A DNA stretch of 39,007 nt. Source: Basidiobolus ranarum. Lineage: Eukaryota. This document shows, one piece after another, positions 10,074 through 20,881 of the stretch. Every line of letters starts with the position of its first letter. Position 1 is the first letter of the stretch. The position numbers were made by a program, and so were the translations under genes. Below the pieces are notes generated by a model. The model searched no databases. It was not told where the DNA came from and worked only from the letters and a program-made list of their open reading frames with translations. The stretch is taken from positions 1 to 39,007 of the forward strand of contig JASJQH010006920.1 of assembly GCA_040143965.1 (NCBI GenBank). Reading direction: 5' to 3'.

Positions 10074-13000
10074 ATGGATTTAAATCAATCCGTTTTGAGG
10101 CTTTTGACAGCAGCAGCTGAGGTAGCAACATTGCCAATGATTTCGAGATATTGTATTTAAAATGACTCATAACACTCTTCGTAATTTTAGGGATCAAATG
10201 GAACCGACGAGAAAAGTAAGGAGAGTGAAGAAGGCAATAATTTCTTGAGCTCATACTTGAGTCTTTCTTCTCTTTTTACCTTTTTGTTTTCGTAAATTAA
10301 CAGTTAATATTTCACCAATAGATATTCAAATAGACTCTTATTCTCAAGAACTCGAGCGTATACCTACTTCGGTTGACTTTGGAGTATGCTCTTCCCTTGA
10401 CGCTGTATTCCCAAACCAACGTAAAGGAAAGGAGTTGGAAATTGGTTACGCCAATGATTCTAGCTCATACGATAATATCGGACCATCATTTGTAGCCAAA
10501 GAGCGAGCTGAACGAATAAAGAAATGCTCCGAAAAACTTCAAGTGGCTTTCAGCTTGCCCACAGACGATACTCTTATTGCTGGTACGGCTTGATCATCTA
10601 ACTCATTACGTTGCAATCAAATAATTGAACGAATCATACCACAGAGTTTTCTTGCTCTCTTATTAGCTACATTCTACTCAAGGGCTACATGTATCTTACA
10701 AATCAGCATGTTTGCTTTTTCGCTTCTACAAATCGGAAGAAAACAGTATGTTAAACTTTCTTGGATATAGCGAATGTCTATTTAGCGTGGCCATTAATGT
10801 CAACATGTCATGTAGTCAAGTACTGAGCGTTCGGGATTTTTACATTTGAAAACTAGCAACACCCGGTTTTTTAGCACATATTGGTTTGTACTAAAGGAAG
10901 GGGCTCTAAGCTATTTTTCAAACTCAACTGACATTTACTGCCCCCTTGATGTGATCGACTTGAGATACGTTATCAGTTTGGAGGAAAACGAGGAAAAGAA
11001 TGTGATTCATATTGTAGCACCAGAGAAGAACTTCACCATACAAGCGGATACTTCCATAGCAATGAAAGAGTGGTACCTAAGCTTCAAAAGCCGTTACCTT
11101 CGCAGTATGGCTAATTTATTGATTATTTTTATCATTAGGATTAAAGATATAGTCGATACTATGTATACCCTACGCAATGGCGATAGCATAAAGGTATGGT
11201 TATGTTCGCATCGTGAGCAAACGACAAATCGAATTGACCTAGTTTATAGCTTGCTATTGCCCTTAACCATATAGTAAATGTTGAAGTAACGAGTAGTTTC
11301 GATCAGCACGATTCCCTTTGTGTTAGATGCTTTGAAAACGAAAGTTCGGTCGCTATAGATGAGGTAACAACATTCTAGTCACTGCGAACTCTAGTATGAA
11401 ATATTGTTTTCTGACTGTTTCGAACTCATTGTATTCAGTATTACTTCACATATTTTCACGATGCTCGGCAAGTCTGCAATCAAATTCGAAAATATCTACC
11501 TGACGTAGAGCTTCTTCATCATATCAAAGCGACTCCTACCCAAACTAAAGCAGAGGAACATCCCTCCATATCGAAGCGACTTTCTGGGATCACATCAATT
11601 TTTAGCAAGATAAATTTCACGGACAGCAGCGATAGCAAATCCAGCGAAAAATCAAATTCGTTTAATAGGAGAGTCAGCGAGAATTACCTCGAAGGTGACG
11701 GTACATCGATTGATGGAAATCACGAAAATGGGCATTGGTGGATCCCAACAATTCCTACTCTCACAAGAAAGCATCGTTCACTGTCACAAAAGGAACACGA
11801 TCTTAGAAAGCTATTTGCTCTACCGGCTGAGGAAAAGTTAATCAATAGTAAGTCTTAGTTTGACAACTCCGAGATTCTTGTGGCCACTTAACTGATACTA
11901 CAATATTGTATAGGTTTCCATGGCGCTTTGATACGTAAGCTGCCCATCCGAGGAAAGATCTACGTTTCCGATCATCACGTATTTTTCAAATCCAAGGCCA
12001 TTGGGAATAATCTGAAAGTTATTGTTCCATTTGATGATGTCAATGAAATCCATAAGCGTGTCGGAAGTATAATATTTCCTTACGGTGTTTACTTCTTGAC
12101 CGTTAGTCAAATAGAAATAACAATTGCATTTGGAACTGAGAGTACTCGTGATGAGTTTTTTAACATAGCGTCATCTACTATGAACCAAGTCAAGATGGGC
12201 CCTAGGATCACACGAAAGCAATCCAGGATTTTAGAGGAGGAGGTACTAGTGCCACCAAAGAGCTCCGTTAACGCCGTCCGGTCGCTTTCTTACCCTGTAT
12301 TTGACACAGAGATTGGAATCAAAGAACCTAAATCAATACATATTACTTGCTTGACAATTGGCACTCGAGGGGATGTACAACCCTATATCGCTCTTTGTAA
12401 AGGCTTGATGAAACGCGGTCATCGCTGTCGTATCGCAACACATGTTGAGTACAAAGAATGGGTGGAAAGTCATGGGATTGAATTTCGTGAAGTTGCAGGT
12501 GACCCAGCGGAGCTAATTCGCTTGTGTGTAGATAATGGAATGTTTAGCATCTCGTTCATCAGAGAAGGGATTTCAAAGTTCCGAGGCTGGTTAGATGATC
12601 TTTTGGCAACATCTTGGGAGGCTTGTCAGGGAACTGACCTTTTGGTTGAGTCTCCAAGCGCAATGGCTGGTGTACATATTGCCGAGAAGTTGAACATTCC
12701 TTTTTATTCATGCTTCACGATGCCATGGACTAGAACTCGTAGCTATCCTCACCCCTTTGCTGTTCCAGATTACCATATGGGTGGAGGTTATAATTACATG
12801 ACTTACATCCTTTTTGATCAGGTTTTCTGGAAAGGGATTGGTTGGCAAATCAACAGATGGCGTAAAAAATTCCTCAACCTGCCATCTACCTCCCCAGACA
12901 AGCTGGCTTTGCATAAAGTTCCATTTCTATACTGCTTTAGTGGCGAGATAGTGCCGCCTGCACCTGACTGGCCTGATTGGATCCACCTCTGTGGTTATTG

Positions 13001-13682
13001 GTTTTTAGATAATCCGGATCAAAGTTGGAAACCACCTCAATCATTGCTTGACTTCCTGAAGATTGATCCTAAGCCTGTGTATATTGGCTTTGGCTCAATA
13101 GTGGTGCAGGACCCCGAAAAGATGACAGAGGTGATTATTGAAGGAGTTCGCAAGGCTGGGGCTCGAGCAATCATTTCTAAAGGATGGTCATCACGACTTC
13201 AACAAGAGGGAAAGGCTCCGAAAGAAAAGGTGGAATTCCCGGATTTCATTTACTCTCTGGATTCTGTGCCCCATGATTGGTTATTCCCCCAGGTGGCTGG
13301 CGTTATGCACCATGGAGGTGCAGGGACAACGTCAGCTGGCATTCGAGCTGGCGTACCAACGGTGATTAAGCCATTCTTTGGAGATCAATTCTTCTGGGGT
13401 AATCGTATTCAAGAAATTGGAATTGGTTTATGTTTGAAGAAATTCACACCTGAGAGAATTTCTCATGCCTTACTAACCATCACTACGGATGAGAAAATCA
13501 TAAAGCGATCGCAGGTCATTGGTAAGAGGGTTCAGGCTGAGAATGGTGTCGACAATGCTATCAATTATATGTTTCGCGATTATGGACTTGCCAGTCATCG
13601 TACATTCAAATCAGAACAGGACCATGAACTCTCGAAAGCACCACTTTCTCTAAATTTTGAAGACATTTCTGATGAAGAATAG
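10074..13682 (+). CDS. ATG26: Sterol 3-beta-glucosyltransferase (GRAM-PH-GRAM-glycosyltransferase), multi-exon
   Basis: GRAM (GYMYLTNQHVCFFA), PH (YWFVLKEGALSYF...IQADT...EW) and second GRAM (GKIYVSDHHVFFKS). The catalytic region has LTIGTRGDVQPYIAL, ESPSAMAGVHIAE, VYIGFGSIVV, PHDWLFP, HHGGAGTT and PFFGDQFFWG. The start at 10074 (MDLNQSVLRLLTAAAE) comes from hand splicing and is less certain. Confidence 0.95.
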
Positions 13683-14074
13683 ACGCATACAAAACACACC
13701 CAATAGTATTCACATTAAAAGATGAAAGAAATATGATACATGTAAATTATCCCTTTATTCCAAATTTCCCCAATGCAAAAACCTCAAAATTCCGACATTC
13801 TTTGCATTGCCAGAGTTTACAAGGTATTATAATATAATGTAGCCAAAATGAACATGCATTGATAGTAAGCAGTACGAATATATGTTTTTGTCCGTTGCTA
13901 GTTGAATACCATGCTTTGACCTATTACACTTTGACCCACACGCAGTCATATCATATATCAATTAGAACAATTGGTGTTTATATGGTTCTTTCCTCCGATG
14001 GTTCAGATCTAAAAATTCAGAACCTAGATATTTCACATGTATATTGGAGCCTGTTCGGAATTTATGTGGAGTGC

Positions 14075-14184
14075 TGTAGTCCAACTAGTATACATCTATC
14101 CGTACGTACTTGTAGTTCAATTAGCATACATCTATCCGTACGTACTTGTAGCTCAACTAGCATACATCTATCCGTACGTACTTG
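14075..14184. repeat. Tandem repeat, 3 x 36 bp (tgtagYYcaaYtagYatacatctatccgtacgtact)
   Basis: Units start at 14075, 14111 and 14147. They are near-identical and each contains the palindrome GTACGTAC. Confidence 0.95.
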
Positions 14185-14317
14185 GATGGAGTATATAAAT
14201 CTTTTAGCTGTAACCATTTCCCTTTTTTTACCTACTAGTTGTATTGCCCTAATAGAGAATTCACAACGTTCCATCTTTTCTATCCCGTCACCCATTTACC
14301 AAGGTTGCTCAAGTACT

Positions 14318-15517
14318 ATGTCATTCTTGAAAGCTATAGCTTGGATTTTAATGCTATCAGGTAATCCATTTCTGTATACTATTTTAGCATCTAAGGACTA
14401 ATCGTTCTGAATTCATAGTACTTGGCGTTTTATCTCTTCCCCCTGCTCAAAGTCCTGCCACCTCGGTTATTTCGATTAATCTACCTAATGTTTCACCGAC
14501 TACGCCAAATAATACTTGTTTGGAGGGAACACATGATTGTGGGTTTTTTAAATGTGTCAAAGAGCCAGGTTGCCCGTTAGGTTGGTAAGTTCCCACTTGA
14601 ATTGGATCACTATTGGTATTTAAGGACTAACCCCAGTATACATGTCATTACATGTAAAGATTGTCACTTATATGATAACGAACAAAATTGCAACTCTATA
14701 CATATGAACGGTGTAGGGTGTATTTGGCAAAAACGACGGTGCTTTAGAGGTTGGACCACATATAAGAACTAGATGACATATTTTTATTCAACGATATTTC
14801 ATTATTTAAAGATATAAAATGTGAACTTCTTCCGGATAGAAGATGCTCTCCAGGCTGCTTCAATTGTGGTAGGTTTATGTGTCTTCCAGATGGTGGTTCA
14901 TGTCCAAAAGGTGAGTTAAATGAACCTAATAGTAAATCCATACGCTTTACCTTTATTTATTCGGAGAATATTGTAAACTTAGGCTGTGATACATATGTTA
15001 CAAGGATAGAGTGTCAGAATTCTATGCCATTCAACGGAGTGGGTTGTCGATGGATGGGTGAAGCTTGCAACTATTGTGAGTTACAGAACGAGTACCACTT
15101 TAATCGATACAAGCTTACTAATGTCTCTTCCCAATAGATGAGCTAGAGATTCGTAACCAAGTACCAAGCAATGATGATATAGTATTCATGTTCCCTGGCT
15201 CTAACTCAGCAGTAGTCAATGAACCAACCTTAACTGAACCCTTAGAATATACTAAAATGAAGTTGGCCAGTAAGTGGGGGCCAATAGCGGGAATCACAGT
15301 TGGATTGATTTCAGCCACTGGTATGGTCTTCGTATTAGTTCACAAGAGAATCGAATCCAAAAGACAAGTAAGACTTGTTCGTGGATTTCCAACAAATGAA
15401 TTGACAAAAGATGTACGCCGCCCCCAGTCTTTTTTGAAAGCAGTTAAACACGTGCTAGGATCGCATAAGCAGGAGGATAGCTTAGCATCAGAGCTTGCTT
15501 CATCCCTTTCAACGTGA
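14318..15517 (+). CDS. Putative type I membrane protein with signal peptide and two Cys-rich repeats, 6 exons
   Basis: MSFLKAIAWILMLS|VLGVLSLPP signal peptide, two repeats ending in NGVGCxW, TM segment WGPIAGITVGLISATGMVFVLV followed by HKR. Five phase-1 GT-AG introns keep the frame to TGA at 15517. Confidence 0.8.
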
Positions 15518-15713
15518 ACTAATTTTCACAACGTGTTGATCCGTGAATCCATTCCAGAAAGAGTAATTTACATGGGTATCTTAGTTTCTTTACCTTCCCC
15601 CATTTTTGAGTCACTAATGTATGTCAAGGATTTCCAAATGATAGTATTATTTCACCGAGTACAAGTAAAGCATCTCGTATATTACAAATGCAAACAATAA
15701 ATTTACAATTCTT

Positions 15714-16373
15714 TTATCGCCTAATTTCCGACATACATTCATATACGATTTGTTCATATTCCTGGTCGGAAAATCCGCCTTCTTTAGCCATTTCTCTAGC
15801 CTCCTTTAATCTCCCAATGAGCTCCTTTTTAATCTTTTCCTTTCTTTCTTGATTCAATACACCCGTCAATTTCACCGTTAACACAGATGCCATATCCAAT
15901 GATTCCAAGTGAGGACGATCGGATGAGTTGGTGATTGGAGGGAGACCCATGTCGGGAATGAATTCATTGGACACTTGATATGAAATAGCGGTATTCATAG
16001 TGGATTGTTCAGCTGATTCCTCACGTAAAGGTGGAGTTTCTGAACCAACTCCATCATACTGAGCCCAGTAATCTTTCTCTTCGGAGGACTCGTTATCATT
16101 CTGTAGGTTTAGTGGAGTTTGTATCTGGCCATGATCATACCTCTCCCAGTATTCGTCGTCACTTTCATCTGTATGGTCATCCGTAAAACAGCTACCCAGG
16201 GAGTTGCTTCTCACACTTACCTAGATTTTGAGGTTAGTAAGTTAGAGGGAAGAAGAGAAAGGGCAAGTGGAAAGAGACTGGCATACCTGATCGTCTTTTG
16301 AGTTCGTGGGATCAACTATACCCCAGGGTAAAGCGGTGTTCTTAATTAGGTATTGCTGCGTTGAACTGGTCAT
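15714..16373 (-). CDS. Acidic hypothetical protein with two DxYWxxYD-type motifs, 2 exons
   Basis: MTSSTQQYLIKNTALPWGIVDPTNSKDDQ|gtatgc...ctaac...ctag|VSVRSNSLG... joins ORF 15714-16214. Motifs DDEYWERYD and KDYWAQYD are present, and the C-terminus looks helical. Confidence 0.7.
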
Positions 16374-17759
16374 TTTCAAGAGTTGTCGCAAATAAAAATG
16401 TAAAGGCTGTTATAAAGGATATTTACAAGGCTGATTATTTTGCAGTGGAAGGTTGTGTACAAGTGTTATATGAGGAATATGATGTTCAGCAATCATGACT
16501 TTATATAATAGTCGTCACTTTCTTGGAATTTTTCCGGTTGGTCGTACCGAAGCCAAAATTCAAGTCACGAGCCAATAATTCGAAACTATCTTCATCACCC
16601 CCCCTTCATTCAGTATCTTTCTTCCTCCCACCCACTTGCACCAGATTGATGTCCCATATACTCCTAAAGTTGGAGTTGGTACGCACAGCATAGACCACAA
16701 TTCTACAATTTTACGATAATATAGATGCTGCTCTGTAAATCACAGCACTGTAGGGGCAGTAAATACTCTTCGTTTTCTGCATTTGTACTGATCGCCTGGC
16801 TATTTACTTCCCTTGATTGAGTACATGACAGCTATCACATGCAAAAGGATACGTTGCGATCCCCAAATACAAAGTGAATCCATATCATTAGTGGATTTTT
16901 GGAATACAGTCAGGCTCGAAGAGAGTGTCTTGAAATCGAGTATCTACTGGTAATGTTAATTGTTTGGGAAAAGTGGTTGGTTTTGAACCAGTTGAACCTA
17001 ACACTGCTCAACACTCATGTAACGTTTCCACTTGGTTTCATATTGTTACAAAGTGTGATGTTTCTTGGCCAATAAAAACCATCTCAAGCATGATGATGTA
17101 TGTGACTGGTTTGTGAAAGCTTATTTAAACCCACCAATGGCGGAGTCTCATTAGATCAATCATGTCTTTTCAGTGACTGCATTATGATGAGGCCGATCAT
17201 TTGTCGCACACTCTATGGAGGTTATATCAGCACCTACAATTCATCTCTTAATATAATGCTATTTTGCTCATTTGTTATAGACTCACATCGCTCAGTAGAG
17301 ATTCAATCCCATGTCGTCACTACTATAGTTCATGTGATTGAATTCTTCCTGTGTTGACTTTTGCATTCCCCCACCTGTAGAGAGCTCTTTACCCATTGGT
17401 CGAGTAAATATTAATAAATGGCTAAATGCTAAATGCTCTTAGTATCATAGTTGCTGAGTTTCGAAGTAATTTATATATAAATCCTCCCCTGACCCTGAAT
17501 CACCCAGTCTATTTAAATGATAGTATCCCGATATTGGATACTTGAATTTTATCCCTTACCTTTTACCCTTACCCTTACTCTGACCCTAGCTTCTCTTGAC
17601 CTGCCTTTATTGGTTTATTTTTGTGATTTCTGTCAATCAGTTAGACCTTCATCTCTTTTGTTAATTCCTTAATTATAGCCCATATCACTACTACACTCAA
17701 TTAGAGTCTACACCAAACTGCTTTAACCCTAGAAATACACAACACTTCGAGTAAACTTG

Positions 17760-18743
17760 ATGTACACTCATCACCTGTCAAATCACGCGCAGGGTGGTTG
17801 TTCACTACGTAGTACCGCCACTATCTGGATTGAAATGAAAGAGGAAAGATTATATGTTACGGGAGCTACGAATGAAGCATTGAAATTATTTGGATACATG
17901 AAAGAATCCGAGATGATCAGTGCGAAGATAGAGGAGATATTTGAAGTGGTAGAGTATTTGAATGAATCGAATGATTTCCTATTGTTAAAGAGTCGTCGAA
18001 ATGTCAATGGAACTATCTGGATTAATGCTTGTGCTCATAGAATCTTAAATCAACAACATTGGAATTTACGCGATGTTACCCATCAGAAACATTTGACTTC
18101 TATGGATCTTACAACATCTATCAACAATGTCGACGATATACATGTATTGAGTATCACTCACTTTGGCGTCATAGAACATGTGTTTCCCGGACCCTTTATG
18201 GGGTTCAACAGCAAGCAATTGGTGGATAGACCTTTGATGATGTTTGTTCATCCAGAGGACTTGAAGATTCTTTGTAATGGGTTGAGTATGATGTTAAAAT
18301 CCATGTATGCCAACTTTACTATACGGTGGCAGATTGGAGCTGATGAATCAGGAGAAATGAGGTATCAACCGATCCAAGTGCACGCTATGATTTCAGAGAG
18401 CAGTCCCATATGTTTGATCAAGCGACTCCCGGAGAGGTCTCTGTCTATCAGAAAGACCCATGACTATGAGGATAAAGAATGGGACACAGGATGGACACAA
18501 TGGAGAATTATTTCCCACGTTTACCAAAATTGCTTTGGATATATTCATGATTACTTGAACTACTGTAATAGATACATTCTAGGAGATAGTTCAGATATTA
18601 AGAATTGGAATCGCTTTATAGGAACTGTTTATGAAGATTTTGAAAAATCTCCGTTAGAAGCCTGGGGGAACTATAGAAAAGATGCGGCGCAATTCCTTAT
18701 AAAGTTGGTTACTAACTGGGGTATATTTACCTCCCATAAATGA
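17760..18743 (+). CDS. Intronless PAS-domain protein (two PAS-like folds, no recognisable output domain)
   Basis: 327 aa from ATG 17760. PAS-like segments VTGATNEALKLFGYMKESEMIS and GVIEHVFPGPFMGFNSKQLVDRPLMMFVHPEDL. Confidence 0.75.
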   Translation: MYTHHLSNHAQGGCSLRSTATIWIEMKEERLYVTGATNEALKLFGYMKESEMISAKIEEIFEVVEYLNESNDFLLLKSRRNVNGTIWINACAHRILNQQHWNLRDVTHQKHLTSMDLTTSINNVDDIHVLSITHFGVIEHVFPGPFMGFNSKQLVDRPLMMFVHPEDLKILCNGLSMMLKSMYANFTIRWQIGADESGEMRYQPIQVHAMISESSPICLIKRLPERSLSIRKTHDYEDKEWDTGWTQWRIISHVYQNCFGYIHDYLNYCNRYILGDSSDIKNWNRFIGTVYEDFEKSPLEAWGNYRKDAAQFLIKLVTNWGIFTSHK

Positions 18744-19307
18744 CCTATCTCCCTTCATGTAGATAAACATTTCCCTTCGGAGGATATTTTTGTACTTTAC
18801 TCAATAGAGTTGAATTCTATGATCAGGTATCTTGTAAATAATTATCAACCTTTTAGAAACACGCCTTTTTCAATGACTTTTTGATAAATTAAATATATCG
18901 TAATCCATTATATTGTAACACCTAAAGTGGCACATATTCAGTACGCCACAATGTACCGATCTAGCCAAATCTAAGGGGAAATCTGCTTGAACTACACTTG
19001 GTGGAGGTATTTCGTTTACTTAGATTTACCAATGCTGCATAAATAGGTACTTTCACTCCTTAATCATCATGCTATGAGGCTTATTTCATACACCCATAAA
19101 AATCACCCGTACGTTAGTTTAAGAAATTCCGTTAGATTCATCGGGTCAAGTTCATTAGTCATTGGATTCCTATAAAGTACCCCATTTTCTTCCATTGAAA
19201 AAGTCAAGAAATCATTTTGACATTATCTAGATAGAAGATATCCCTTTAGAATCATTCACTTTCATTCCATTCCTAGAAATACCTCCTTATAATCTTGAAT
19301 TTTAACA

Positions 19308-20318
19308 ATGCATTTCAATACAAAGGTAAAATTCTCTTGAAATATATATGATTGTTATGGATTATTAACCGAAAATTTAGTTCTTCATGGTACTTGCTCT
19401 TACCTCTATCACCTGGTCAGATGCAGCTATTTGTCGAGATGCTGTGGATACTTTCAATGGTAGAAGTACCATTCGATTAAATACAGAAGGAGATGTACGT
19501 CGAGAGAATGGACATCTTGTACTTCGAGTAGTTAAAGGAGATAGACATCCAGCAGGTGGATATATTGGGGATGGTGCTAGAGCAACTATGGCAGAATCCT
19601 TGCAATATGGTAAAGTTACAGCTAGATTAAGAACAGCTGGAACTAGAGGAATCGTTAGTGCTATGTTTGTAAGTATTAGTATCGATGATTGCATTCTTTG
19701 ATTAATTGTTTCTTCTATTTAAATAGACTATGGCTAATGATAAAGATGAAATGGACTTGGAATGGTTGGGTGGTAAACCAAGAGAGTTACTAAGTAACTT
19801 CTTCTACAAAGGAGATCTAATCTTTACCAATAGTCAAGAACATAATATTAATATCGATAGTTCCAAACAATTCGTTAACTATACATTGGACTGGAAGCCA
19901 GATTCTATTAGGTATTTTGGTTTTATCCACTTTCTTTTATATGGATCATATAAATCAGTCACTTACATCTTAATCCTAGTTGGCTGATTAATGGTCGTGT
20001 CGTACGCACACTGAGAAAAGATCAAACTTATGACAGAAAAATTAGGGCTTATAGATTCCCTTCCAGTCCAGCTAAAGTGGAATTCTCGTAAGTAACTAAC
20101 TCCTACGTTTTCATATCAACCGTGTACTAATATCAATATGTTCTAGTGTTTGGGACGGTGGTGATAGTGAGGAAGATGGTACTAGTGAATGGGCAGGTGG
20201 TAGAGTCAATTGGGAAGATAAACATATCTATGATGATGGAAGACTTGACATGAAAGTGGATCTATTAGAGATCAAATGTCACCCAGAATTACGTGGAAAA
20301 CGGAACTTTGTCCAGTAA
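19308..20318 (+). CDS. Secreted GH16 Crh/Utr2-like chitin transglycosylase/glycosidase, 5 exons
   Basis: Signal peptide MHFNTK|FFMVLALTSITWSDA, LQYGKVTARLRTAGTRGIVSAM, catalytic DEMDLEWLG (ExDxE), YTLDWKPDSI, FPSSP and WDGGD...GTSEWAGG. Stop at 20316-20318. Confidence 0.9.
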
Positions 20319-20881
20319 TTAAACTATTTAGTGTATCTCTATTGAACCTTCTCCTCCCCTTTCCTGTCTGATTTCCTTGATTTTACTTTACCTTATATCC
20401 CCCCCCCTCACCACATCTACACAGTATCTATGATTCCTTGATTATTTATTAAGATCCAAATTGTCTACTCTATACCTAGTGCATGGGATTGCAATCAGAT
20501 ATTCTTTCACAAACACCCACATATGTAGACAAGTTTCTCAAAATCAACCCCAAATAAAGGGAATTCATGTAGGTATACATATAACATTGATGTATTGGGT
20601 TTCCTATTAGTTTATGTTATGAAGAATTAAAAACCAAGAAATAAATTAACCACGCAACAATATTTAACGAAAACAATTATGTTAGAAGAATGAGGGACAA
20701 CGAAGGTTAACGAGTTAACGAATCAACGTAAAAACAATTACTATTACTAATATTATAGTGAAGTGTACTGATTTGTGGGATAATAGGTAGATAAGGTGAA
20801 TATGTCTATATTACAAATAAAAGCCGTCATTGAAAGGTGGAGCGAATACAAATAATCCTTCCCATTTGTATCTCCGATTCT

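Noticed and set aside
14075-14184. 36-bp repeats as a CRISPR array
   Set aside because: The units are directly adjacent with no unique spacers, no cas genes are present, and the context is eukaryotic.
13859-14401. 180-aa ORF with SIHLSVRT repeats (and antisense ORF 14062-14295)
   Set aside because: It starts at TTG and stays open largely because the repeat unit is a multiple of 3. Only its last part (from ATG 14318) is the real first exon of the downstream gene.
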